A DNA stretch of 64,000 bases from an uncultured Fibrobacteraceae bacterium (GTDB taxonomy: Bacteria; Krumholzibacteriota; Krumholzibacteriia; LZORAL124-64-63). Where the stretch lies: positions 6,475-70,474 of the forward strand of contig CAYYYS010000012.1 of assembly GCA_964476155.1 (NCBI GenBank), given 5' to 3'. Below are positions 37,270 through 45,502 of the stretch, piece by piece. Every line of letters starts with the position of its first letter. Position 1 is the first letter of the stretch. The translations under genes and the position numbers were made by a program. The notes under the pieces are model-generated. The model worked only from the letters and a program-made list of their open reading frames with translations. It was not told where the DNA came from and did not search any database.

Positions 37270-37861
37270 CGCGTCTGACCGCCTTCACCCGCTGCCGCCA
37301 CCACCCGTTGTCGATGCTGTCGATGCGAATGTGCTTGCCCGTACCCGGCGCGTGGACGAACTGGCCCTTGCCCACATAGATGCCCACGTGGGAAATAACA
37401 TCCCGATCGATACGGAAGAAGATCAGGTCGCCCCGCAGCATGGTGCGCAGGGTCGTGGTGCGGCCGGAGCGCGACTGGTTGCGCGCGGTGCGCGGCAGAT
37501 TCACGCCCACTTCGCGATAGACGTACTGGACGAGGCCGCTGCAGTCGAAGCCCTGGGGCGTGGTGCCGCCGTAGACGTACGGGACGCCCAGGAACGACAG
37601 GGCCATGTCGCAAACCAGGTCGGACGGGGGCTGGGTGCGGTCGATGTCCTGCCACTGGATCCGTGAAGTGGGACGATCCTGAGCGGGGGGGGGGATAATG
37701 CGATCGCGGGCCGGGGGGGCCGGATCCGTCCGGGAGACGGGGGTGGACGCGGGCAGCTTGCCACGCCAATGCGGGGCGCATCCGGACAGCAAAAGCAGTG
37801 CGGACAACAGGATAACCGTTGCCGCCGCCAGGGACGTCCGTGTCCGCTTGCCAGCATCCAT
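37256..37861 (-). CDS. NlpC/P60 (C40) family cell-wall peptidase lipoprotein
   Basis: Lipobox MDAGKRTRTSLAAATVILLSALLLLSGC. C40 catalytic region ...GVPYVYGGTTPQGFDCSGLVQYVY...H.GIYVG. Confidence 0.8.
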   Translation of the reverse strand: MDAGKRTRTSLAAATVILLSALLLLSGCAPHWRGKLPASTPVSRTDPAPPARDRIIPPPAQDRPTSRIQWQDIDRTQPPSDLVCDMALSFLGVPYVYGGTTPQGFDCSGLVQYVYREVGVNLPRTARNQSRSGRTTTLRTMLRGDLIFFRIDRDVISHVGIYVGKGQFVHAPGTGKHIRIDSIDNGWWRQRVKAVRRVIAS

Positions 37862-37988
37862 ACTGGAGAGTGTAGATAAAGTCCGGTTCATTGTCACGGC
37901 CTGGACTTGCAAGAATCGTGCACGGGGTAAATACGGTCGACCCGCCTTGGCAGCAAGGGCGGGGGCTGTTAGATTCAAACTCGGATTA

Positions 37989-38145
37989 TTCATGAATGAG
38001 CGTGGCGAGGGTGTGTATGCTCAAGTCTGACAGGGCGCCCGCAAGGTTTTGGGACCGAGGCGTGCCTGTAGGCACGTTGAGGGAGCAAAACCGAGGACGT
38101 GCTGTCAGACTTGAGCATACGCGACCGCAGTAGCTCATTTATGAA
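37989..38145. repeat. Long structured inverted-repeat element: perfect 19-bp arms GTATGCTCAAGTCTGACAG (38015..38033 / 38102..38120), extended imperfectly to about 45 bp, enclosing a 68-nt core with an inner palindrome CGTGCC-TGTA-GGCACG
   Basis: Seen directly in the intergenic region between the NlpC/P60 gene (-) and the rlmD-like gene (+). No coding potential. Compatible with a MITE, a cis-regulatory RNA or a protein-binding site. Confidence 0.55.
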
Positions 38146-38183
38146 TAGTCCGGGTTAGCCACCTTTCAACTCGAGGAGTCAGG

Positions 38184-39548
38184 ATGAACGAGACCACCGG
38201 CCCGACCGGCACCGACACCGGCCCGCAGCCCGGCGACATCGTCGAGATCACCATCGACAAGCTGGTGACCGGCGGCAACGGCCTCGGCCGTACCTCCGAA
38301 GGCCTGGCCGCTTTCGTACCGGGCACCATCCCCGGTGAACGGGCGAGCGCGCGTGTGATCCGTTGCAAGAAGGGATTCGTGCAGACGGACCTGATCGAAA
38401 TCCTCGAGGCCTCCCCCGATCGCATCGAGCCGCCCCTGGGCGAGATCGGCGCCCTGTCCGGCTGCGACCTGCAGCACATGAGCGACGAAGCCCAACGTCG
38501 TGCCAAGACGGACATCGTCCGCGACTGTTTCGAACGACTGGGCAAGCTGGAAATGGGCGACAAGCTGACCGGCCCCGAACCCGCCGGCCCTCCGCTCGGC
38601 TACCGCAACAAACTGCGCCTGTGGCGGTCGCCCACCGGCCAGTACGGCGTGCGACGCAAAGGCAGCCACGACATCCTGGAAGTCACAACCCACGGACTGA
38701 TGCCCGATCTGTTCAACGAGCAGGTCATGCCCTTCCTGCGGACCATGCCGCCGGTGGACGAAGCCGTCGCGCGGTTGGACGGACAAGGCGGCTTCCTGTT
38801 GGCGCTCTTCGGACCGCCGGAACGCCTGCGTACCTTGAAGGCCATACTCAAGGCCTTGCCCGACGGCGAACCGCCCCACCCGGCCTGCGTCGGCATCCTC
38901 TACAACAATCGGCCCGCCTGGGGACGCGATCATCTGCTGGCCAAGACGGCCGGCCACACCTACCGCGTGCAGGCCGGCAGTTTTTTCCAGGTGAATTACG
39001 CCGAGGCTACGGCGGCCGTGGCCCTGGCGAGCACCTGGCTCGACGAAGCCGGCGTCACACGGGACGCGCGTGGCGGCGCCCTGGCCGACCTCTATTGCGG
39101 TGTGGGTTTGTTCGCCCTGGCCCTGGGCGACCGGTTCGAGCGGGTAATCGGCATTGAAAACGACGAGCGTGCCGTGCGCGACGCCCTGAACAACCTGAAA
39201 CGCGCCGACCGCGAAGCCGAGATCGTCAAGGCCGACACGACGAAGGTGTTGTCCCGTTGGCGAGAGGGTCCATGGCGTGACGGCGACCGTCGTTTTGAGG
39301 CCCCGGACTGGCCGAACACCACGATCATGCTGGACCCCCCGCGCACCGGACTCGGCGACGCGGCGACCGGCCACCTGGCGGACATGTCCCCCGCCCGCAT
39401 CATCTATATGAGCTGCGATCCCGCCACCCTGGCGCGCGACTGCGGTAAGCTGTGCGGCAGCGGTTACGATTTGAAGCGGGTCCGGGTCATCGACATGTTC
39501 CCTCAGACGGGGCACATAGAATGCCTGGCCGAACTGGTGCGCACATAA
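38184..39548 (+). CDS. rlmD: TRAM-domain class I SAM-dependent RNA (uracil-5-)-methyltransferase, RlmD/RumA-like
   Basis: RBS GAGGAG. N-terminal TRAM (...GDIVEITIDKLVTGGNGLGR...). C-terminal MTase with ...DLYCGVGLFAL.., ..MLDPPRTG.. and ..YMSCDPATLARD.. motifs. Confidence 0.85.
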   Translation: MNETTGPTGTDTGPQPGDIVEITIDKLVTGGNGLGRTSEGLAAFVPGTIPGERASARVIRCKKGFVQTDLIEILEASPDRIEPPLGEIGALSGCDLQHMSDEAQRRAKTDIVRDCFERLGKLEMGDKLTGPEPAGPPLGYRNKLRLWRSPTGQYGVRRKGSHDILEVTTHGLMPDLFNEQVMPFLRTMPPVDEAVARLDGQGGFLLALFGPPERLRTLKAILKALPDGEPPHPACVGILYNNRPAWGRDHLLAKTAGHTYRVQAGSFFQVNYAEATAAVALASTWLDEAGVTRDARGGALADLYCGVGLFALALGDRFERVIGIENDERAVRDALNNLKRADREAEIVKADTTKVLSRWREGPWRDGDRRFEAPDWPNTTIMLDPPRTGLGDAATGHLADMSPARIIYMSCDPATLARDCGKLCGSGYDLKRVRVIDMFPQTGHIECLAELVRT

Positions 39549-39570
39549 GCATGACGGGGGTCGAGCGGCC

Positions 39571-41157
39571 TTGCCTGCAAGCCGACTTCGCGAATACAAA
39601 CCGGCCCTCCTGTTGGCGGCAGCCGCCCTGCTCCTGCGCATCGCGGTCCTGCTCTGGCGGAGCCAGAACGACCCCCTCTGGCACGAACCGCTGAACGACG
39701 CCGCCCACTACGACGCCTGGGCGAAAGCCCTTGCGTCCGGCCTCGGCCACGGCCCCGCCCACGCTCCCTATTACATGCCGCCCCTGTATCCGCACCTGCT
39801 CGTCCTGCTCCAGCGGATCGGCGGCGCGTGGGGACCGACGATCTTCCAGATGCTCTGCGGCGTGGCGACCGTCGTCGGGATCCAGGATCTGGGCCGACGC
39901 CTCTACGGAGCCCGCGCAGGACTGTGGGCCGGACTCCTGGCCCTGTACTTCGCGCCGTCCATCTGGTTCGAGGGCTGGCTCCTGCCGACCACGCTCAACC
40001 TGTTCCTGCTCGTGGTGATCCTGGACCTGGCTGTCGCGTGTCGGCAACGCGGCGATGATCGGCGACTGCTGCCCTGGCTGGGCCTGCTGCTCGGGTTGGC
40101 GATCATCAACCGTCCCCAGCATCTGCTGTTGCTGGCCGGCGTGCTCGTCTGGCGTGGCTGGTCGGCGCGACGGCGACCGGTCGAAGCGTTCGTGCCGCTC
40201 CTGTTGATCGTGCTGGGCGCGGTCATCGTCATCGCGCCCGTGACTCTCCGCAACATCCGGGTAAGCGGCGAACCGGTGCCGGTGTCGGTCAACGGCGGGA
40301 TCAACTTCTACCTGGGCAATTTTCAGGGGGCGACGGGCCGCTTCGATCTCCCCCCCGATTTACCGACGGACATCGCCGGCCAACAGGAGGCATCCCTGCG
40401 TCTGGCCCGGGCCGGCGCGGGTCGCTCTCTCGACTGGCGCGGCGCGTCGACCTACTGGTTCGAGCGGGGAATCCGCGAGCTGACCGCCGACCCCACGGGC
40501 ACACTGCGCCTATACGCGCGCAAGCTGCGCCTGATCTTCGCCTGGCGCGAGATGGAGCACAATTTCCTGGCGAGCTGGGTGCATCGACACACCGGCCCGG
40601 GACGCTGGTTGATTCCCTCGTTGGGCCTGTTGTGGCTGCTGGCGATTCCGGGATTGGCGGCGGCCCTGCGCGAACGACGCGGCGAGATCGTCCCCCTGCT
40701 GCTGCTGACCGGCACCACCGTGCTGACGTGTCTGCTTTTCTGGGTCAACACACGCCACCGCCTGCCGCTGATAATCCCGTTGAGCGTGTTCGCGGGTGCG
40801 GCGCTGGCGACGCCGAGGACGTGGCTCTCGAAGATCGCGGTGGTGACCGTGCTGGTCGTCGCGGTGACGGTGTTCTGGCCGACCGGCGACCACGAGGGGG
40901 CGTCCTTCCACGCGAGCCTCGGCCGGGTGTACGCCCAGCGCGGAGCGTTCACCGAGGCGCGTGGAGCCTACGAAGACGCCCTGGCCCTGCAGCCCGGCCA
41001 CCCCCAGGCCCGCAACGGTATCGCACTGACCTATATGGAGCAGGGGGACGCCGCAACAGCCGAGCGGCTGTTGCGAGAACTGCTGGACGATCATCCGGGC
41101 TATGGGATCGCGCGCCGCAACCTCGAACTCATCCTCCAGGGTCGCAACCGTCCCTGA
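39571..41157 (+). CDS. Glycosyltransferase family 39-like (PMT_2/ArnT-type) membrane glycosyltransferase with C-terminal TPR repeats
   Basis: Multi-TM N-terminal region with the extracytoplasmic loop motif ...DAAHYDAWAKAL.... C-terminal TPR ...YEDALALQPGHPQARNGIALTYMEQGD.... Start codon is uncertain (TTG in track). Confidence 0.7.
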   Translation: MPASRLREYKPALLLAAAALLLRIAVLLWRSQNDPLWHEPLNDAAHYDAWAKALASGLGHGPAHAPYYMPPLYPHLLVLLQRIGGAWGPTIFQMLCGVATVVGIQDLGRRLYGARAGLWAGLLALYFAPSIWFEGWLLPTTLNLFLLVVILDLAVACRQRGDDRRLLPWLGLLLGLAIINRPQHLLLLAGVLVWRGWSARRRPVEAFVPLLLIVLGAVIVIAPVTLRNIRVSGEPVPVSVNGGINFYLGNFQGATGRFDLPPDLPTDIAGQQEASLRLARAGAGRSLDWRGASTYWFERGIRELTADPTGTLRLYARKLRLIFAWREMEHNFLASWVHRHTGPGRWLIPSLGLLWLLAIPGLAAALRERRGEIVPLLLLTGTTVLTCLLFWVNTRHRLPLIIPLSVFAGAALATPRTWLSKIAVVTVLVVAVTVFWPTGDHEGASFHASLGRVYAQRGAFTEARGAYEDALALQPGHPQARNGIALTYMEQGDAATAERLLRELLDDHPGYGIARRNLELILQGRNRP

Positions 41158-41240
41158 TATCAGCATTTCATGGATATAAAAATGGCGGCGGCCCCTTCAG
41201 CCCAAAGTAAACCCCCCAATCAACAAGGGATGTACAGATT

Positions 41241-41269
41241 TTGCAGATAGGTGCTGGCTGTGGTATAAT
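41241..41269 (+). promoter_or_regulatory. Near-consensus sigma-70 promoter TTGCAG-17-TGgTATAAT
   Basis: The -35 TTGCAG (41241-46), 17-nt spacer ending in TG, and -10 TATAAT (41264-69). A hairpin-plus-T-run (41273..41300) follows immediately, about 100 nt before the ATG at 41369. Confidence 0.5.
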
Positions 41270-41368
41270 TAAGCAAGCGGACCGGAGTTTTCCGGCCGCT
41301 TTTGTATCCCGTACCTTGATTCAGGGGCCTCCCGCTATCCCCGACCCCAAGCCCGAGGAAGTGTCCGC

Positions 41369-43396
41369 ATGATCGATCGCACTCGTCGTGTCTTCACAGC
41401 CACGCCGCTCTTTGCCCTGACGCTGCTGGTCGCATCCGCGTCCGCCCAGACCCCGCTGGACATCGGCAACTGGACGCTCGATCAGGAAAATTCGACACAA
41501 AGCTACACGATCCCCGGCGGCACCATCGTGCAACCCGGCGGCTACGTGATCATCTGCCGCGACCAGGACCAGGCGGCCTTCGAGAGCTACTACGGCGTGT
41601 CGTTGGGTTCGAACGTGACCTACCTGCGCTCGAACAACTCGGCGCCCATGATCAATGGCGACGAGACCTACGAACTGCGCAACGCGTCCAGCGGTCTGGT
41701 GGACGGGCCCACCGACGCGATCACGACCACGCGACGCTCGTACCATCGCGCCAATCCCGAGAGCCAGGCCTGGACGGCCACCAACGAGGTCCCGTCCCCC
41801 GGCTCGGGAGTCGAGGCGCCGGACGGCGTGATGTCGGGCCTGGTCATCAGCGAAGTGACCGACCCCGACTCGTATACGTACGAGTTCGTGGAGCTGTACT
41901 ACGACGCGTCCACCGGCAGCGGCAACCAGGTGCCGGTGATCAGCGGCGCCGGCGTCGTGCCGACCGATCCCGTGCAGTACGACGACCTGACCGTCTCGGC
42001 GACGGTGACCGACAGCGACGGCACGGTGACGGCGGTCACCTGCTACTACCGCACCGACGGCGGCACTTTCCTGACCCAGACGATGACCAACACCGGCGGC
42101 GACACCTACGCGACCACGTTCTACAGCCAGCCCGGCAACGTGGACTTCGACTACTACCTGCGCGCCCAGGACGACGAGAGCGGCGTGTCCTACGCCCCGG
42201 CCGGCGCCCCCGCGAGCTACTACACGGTGTGGATCGAGGGCCCGCCCACGGCCGATCGCGTGGTGCTGTTCGACCATTCACACGACCAGGACGCCGGCAG
42301 CAACGGCAACTGGCGCGTCGACAACAACTATCCCGATCCCTACCCCACCGATCCCACGAGCGAGACCGCGTGGAGCGGCCAGCTTTCCGAGTGGGGCTAT
42401 GAGCTCTATCTCGCGGGACATACGGTGCAGAGCAACACGGCGGCCCTGAGCACGTCGGTTCTGTCGGGCGTCGACCTGCTGATCATCCCCGAGCCCCAGA
42501 ACCCGTTCACCGCCGCCGAGAAGGAAGCGGTGCGGCAGTTCGTCTACGACGGCGGCTCGCTGTTCATGGTCGCGGACCACAATTCGAGCGACCGCAACAA
42601 CAATGGCTGGGACAGCCCGAGCATCTTCGGCGGCTACTCCGTACCGCACATCACCGTGCCGGTAGGCGGCGACACCGAGACCTTCGCCGGCGCCCTTTTC
42701 GGCCTGCACTTCCACGTGAAGGACGAGGGCAACAACTCGATTACCGGCACCTTCACCAACATCACCGCCGCCACGGGCAACCCGGTCATCGAGGGCGACT
42801 ACGGCGACGTGAACGCGGTCATCTACCACGTGGGCAACGTCATGACCCTGTGGCCGACCGCCAACCCGTACCTGACCGATGTGGGCTCGTTGATCAGCAA
42901 GGCCGAAGGCTCACCCCACGTGGCGGCCTGGTCACGCTACGGCAGCGGCAAGATCGTGGGTTACGGCGACTCGTCGAGCATGGCCGACGGGACCGGCACC
43001 GAATCCCACGAGGACAACTGGACCGAAGCCGGCAGCAACAACCGGGAATTTTTCCTGAACGCTTGCGTGTGGTTGTTGGATGATCCGGGGACCGGGGTTG
43101 AGGACGAGGTGCCGTATAACCTCGGATTGGGTCTGCGGGTTTATCCGAATCCGTTCAATCCGCGGACGACGGTTTCGTTTGTGATGCCTCGGGATGGGGT
43201 TGTCGAGGTTACGGTGCATGATTTGCAGGGACGGAATTTGCGGACTTTGCATAGCGGATACTTGACGGCCGGGGCGCAAGGGATGACCTGGAGCGGGATG
43301 GACAACGCGGGGCTACCGATGGCCAGCGGCGTCTACCTGGTGCGAGCGACAGGAGTGGGGCTGGTCAATTATACAAAGGTCGTGCTAGCCCGATAG
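41369..43396 (+). CDS. Secreted protein with N-terminal lamin-tail-like domain, central ThuA/GATase1-like region and C-terminal T9SS/FlgD-Ig-like sorting domain
   Basis: RBS GAGGAAG. Signal peptide MIDRTRRVFTATPLFALTLLVASASA. LTD motif GLVISEVTDPDSYTYEFVELYYD. CTD ...YPNPFNPRTTVSFVMPRDGVVEVTVHDLQGRNLRTL...GVYLVRATGVGLVNYTKVVLAR. Confidence 0.8.
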   Translation: MIDRTRRVFTATPLFALTLLVASASAQTPLDIGNWTLDQENSTQSYTIPGGTIVQPGGYVIICRDQDQAAFESYYGVSLGSNVTYLRSNNSAPMINGDETYELRNASSGLVDGPTDAITTTRRSYHRANPESQAWTATNEVPSPGSGVEAPDGVMSGLVISEVTDPDSYTYEFVELYYDASTGSGNQVPVISGAGVVPTDPVQYDDLTVSATVTDSDGTVTAVTCYYRTDGGTFLTQTMTNTGGDTYATTFYSQPGNVDFDYYLRAQDDESGVSYAPAGAPASYYTVWIEGPPTADRVVLFDHSHDQDAGSNGNWRVDNNYPDPYPTDPTSETAWSGQLSEWGYELYLAGHTVQSNTAALSTSVLSGVDLLIIPEPQNPFTAAEKEAVRQFVYDGGSLFMVADHNSSDRNNNGWDSPSIFGGYSVPHITVPVGGDTETFAGALFGLHFHVKDEGNNSITGTFTNITAATGNPVIEGDYGDVNAVIYHVGNVMTLWPTANPYLTDVGSLISKAEGSPHVAAWSRYGSGKIVGYGDSSSMADGTGTESHEDNWTEAGSNNREFFLNACVWLLDDPGTGVEDEVPYNLGLGLRVYPNPFNPRTTVSFVMPRDGVVEVTVHDLQGRNLRTLHSGYLTAGAQGMTWSGMDNAGLPMASGVYLVRATGVGLVNYTKVVLAR

Positions 43397-43457
43397 GGCC
43401 CGGTTCTGGAGAAGGCCCAGAACCCGCCGGAGAGTACGCCTTCAACTGGTTATCCAC

Positions 43458-43537
43458 ACCCACGGCCCCACGTGGGACCCCGTTTTTGATGTGGGGGGCT
43501 GCCCACGGCCCACCGGGTGACCCTATTTTTGATGCGG
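43458..43537 (+). repeat. Two imperfect direct repeats (about 36 bp each) each containing a GC palindrome followed by TTTTTGATG; probably tandem intrinsic terminators
   Basis: cccacggccccacgtgggaccccgtttttgatgtgg and cccacggcccaccgggtgaccctatttttgatgcgg, separated by 8 nt and lying 60 nt after the stop of 41369..43396. Confidence 0.4.
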
Positions 43538-43715
43538 AATAAGCTTCTTGCTATGCCATCCCTTCACAACCCCATTCAAGTGCGGATAAGACACGCCCAA
43601 ACGAATTTCTAATTCGCTTTGGGTCCGCCCATGCGCCCGAATTAATAATGAAGAAATACCACCCCCCCCGCGTCTATATGGGTGACGATGGTAATCGAGG
43701 TGATACTCTGGAGGC

Positions 43716-43902
43716 ATGATGCTCACGCAACCGCAACAAGCCCCGACCCGGATCCCGACCGAAGACGCCTTCGCGGCTCTTGTCGACCGCGATCTGGATC
43801 GCCGAGGTCCTGGATATTCCGCCCGGTACCGTCGCCTCACGCAAACACACGGCGACGCAACGTCTGCGTCGCGAGCTGGAGAGGACCGGCCATGCGTTGT
43901 GA
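43716..43902 (+). pseudogene. Degenerate ECF sigma-70 factor remnant: N-terminal fragment and region 4 only, in different frames
   Basis: Frame A is MMLTQPQQAPTRIPTEDAFAALVDRDLD... Frame C is ...LSTAIWIAEVLDIPPGTVASRKHTATQRLRRELERTGHAL* (sigma region 4.2 HTH), and its stop overlaps the anti-sigma start. About 100 aa of sigma region 2 is absent. Confidence 0.5.
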
Positions 43903-44368
43903 AGACCTGCGTTGTGAAGACCTGCGCGACAAGCTGATCGCCTATGTGGACGGGGAGCTGCCCGAATCCGAGACCGAGGCCTGTGACGGACACATCGCCG
44001 AGTGCGACCCCTGCGCCGACCTCGTCGCCAAGCGGCAAAACGAACGGGATCGATGGCGTACGGCGCTGCGTGACGACGCACCCGCCGACCTGCGCCAAGA
44101 GATCCTCGCCGGGCGCGCCCCCCGCAAGACGCTCCGCTTCGATCGCAAACACACCGGGCGCAAGTCCATGTGGCCCGTTTGGGCGGCGGCCGCGGTGCTC
44201 GCGGTCATCGTGATCGGGCAGGTCGTCACGCGGCTCGACGTTCAGCGCGAGGGCGACGACGTATTCAACAGCCCGGGCGCCGTGGCGTACATCGTGGACG
44301 GCGAGATCATCGGCGCGTTCACCGAGCTGGAAGAAGATTGTCTGGTTCTCGACGGCGGCTTCCTGTAG
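43892..44368 (+). CDS. Anti-sigma factor with zf-HC2 zinc-finger and one TM helix
   Basis: RBS GGAGAGG. MRCEDLRCEDLRDKLIAYVDGELPESETEACDGHIAECDPCADLV (H-x3-C-x2-C). TM helix MWPVWAAAAVLAVIVIGQVV. Contains a perfect 15-bp in-frame tandem duplication (43894..43923). Confidence 0.75.
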   Translation: MRCEDLRCEDLRDKLIAYVDGELPESETEACDGHIAECDPCADLVAKRQNERDRWRTALRDDAPADLRQEILAGRAPRKTLRFDRKHTGRKSMWPVWAAAAVLAVIVIGQVVTRLDVQREGDDVFNSPGAVAYIVDGEIIGAFTELEEDCLVLDGGFL

Positions 44369-44379
44369 GAGGAGACGAC

Positions 44380-45141
44380 ATGTTCATCCGTAATACATTG
44401 ATCATCCTGGCCACGACCCTTCTCGCGACCGCCTGCCTGGCGGCGGACACCAGCGAGGTGGAGCTGACCGGCGGCAAGACCCTGACCGGCGTCCTGCGTC
44501 CGGTGCTCGAAGGACTCTACCTGTTGCAGACCGACGAGACCCTCTATGAGTTGAGCGGCGGCGAGATCAAATCGGTCGATGGCCGTGCGGGCGCGCCACG
44601 GATCGATAACAGCAAGAAGTTCGCTCATTCCAACTCGTACCGCCGACTGCTGCCGAACGGAAACATGGAGATCAGTCAATCCATGACCATCCGCAACCGG
44701 GGCAAGAAGATCCAGACCACCGTCCGGTGGGGCGCGGCGCCCCACGAGCTGTACATGTACGAAGCCATGACGACGCTGGACACCTACGGCAACACCCTGG
44801 ACTACCGGCTCGAGCCCCGGCCCGGTACCGTCAACCACAACATCATCGTCATGCTCGCCGTGCCGGTGATGCCCGGCGAAGACACGGAGCTGATGGTCAA
44901 GACGACACATCGCGACGCCGCCTCCGTCGAGGACGGCGTCTGGAGCTATACCCATTGGGGAGACTACTCAGAAGATCGGCTGCAAAACCTCAAGGTTGAG
45001 CTGCCTGCCGGAGCCGAAGTTCTGTCGGTCAATCCGCCGGTGCGGGTGGTGGAGTACGACGGCAAATCGCTGGTCTTCTGGCGCCGCTACTATCCCAAGC
45101 ACACGCGCTTCCCGTTGACGGTGACCTACAAGTTCGACTGA
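44380..45141 (+). CDS. Secreted hypothetical protein, downstream partner of the anti-sigma factor
   Basis: RBS AGGAGG 8 nt before the internal ATG. Signal peptide MFIRNTLIILATTLLATACLAA. The N-terminal 70 aa of the track ORF (Arg-rich) is spurious. Followed by a terminator. Confidence 0.7.
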   Translation: MFIRNTLIILATTLLATACLAADTSEVELTGGKTLTGVLRPVLEGLYLLQTDETLYELSGGEIKSVDGRAGAPRIDNSKKFAHSNSYRRLLPNGNMEISQSMTIRNRGKKIQTTVRWGAAPHELYMYEAMTTLDTYGNTLDYRLEPRPGTVNHNIIVMLAVPVMPGEDTELMVKTTHRDAASVEDGVWSYTHWGDYSEDRLQNLKVELPAGAEVLSVNPPVRVVEYDGKSLVFWRRYYPKHTRFPLTVTYKFD

Positions 45142-45379
45142 CGCCGCGATCCACAAGGGAACGCGCCGGCTCCCAAACCGGGGGCCGGCACCTTTTTTCC
45201 TGGCTTGCCGGCCAGTCCTTCTTGCGCTCGGCTTCGCGCCACATGGTCACGCCCACCCAGATCAAGGCGATCGGCCACAGCTTGGTCAGATCGCCGATGT
45301 CGAACAGGCCGAGACCGAAATTATCCAGCAGGAAATTGATGCCGACAAGGATGACGAATATGGCGATCAGGCGGTCCAT
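45029..45379 (-). CDS. Small membrane protein (DUF5668/LiaF-N-like two-TM N-terminus) with a low-complexity tail
   Basis: MDRLIAIFVILVGINFLLDNFGLGLFDIGDLTKLWPIALIWVGVTMW is convincingly membrane-embedded. The remaining 65 aa overlaps the convergent gene and terminator and may not be real. Confidence 0.3.
   Translation of the reverse strand: MDRLIAIFVILVGINFLLDNFGLGLFDIGDLTKLWPIALIWVGVTMWREAERKKDWPASQEKRCRPPVWEPARSLVDRGVSRTCRSPSTGSACAWDSSGARRPAICRRTPPPAPAD
45165..45198 (+). terminator. Rho-independent terminator
   Basis: Hairpin gccggctccc-aaac-cgggggccggc followed by cacc-TTTTTT. Confidence 0.55.
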
Positions 45380-45502
45380 GGAGTCCCCTCTCCGGTACGG
45401 TTCTCATGTGCCATGAACATAACCTCTCCCCAGAAACGTGACAACAGCCCCTCGCGGGACGATATTTGAAGCTATACGACAAACCCGAACCGGAGATTCA
45501 CA

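Noticed and set aside
38166-39641. 491-aa minus-strand ORF and 38363..39157 plus alternate frame
   Set aside because: Antisense or alternate frame of the rlmD-like gene.
44170-44379. Arg-rich 70-aa N-terminal extension of the 44170..45141 track ORF
   Set aside because: It overlaps the anti-sigma gene in another frame. The true start is the internal ATG at 44380, which has an AGGAGG RBS and a signal peptide.
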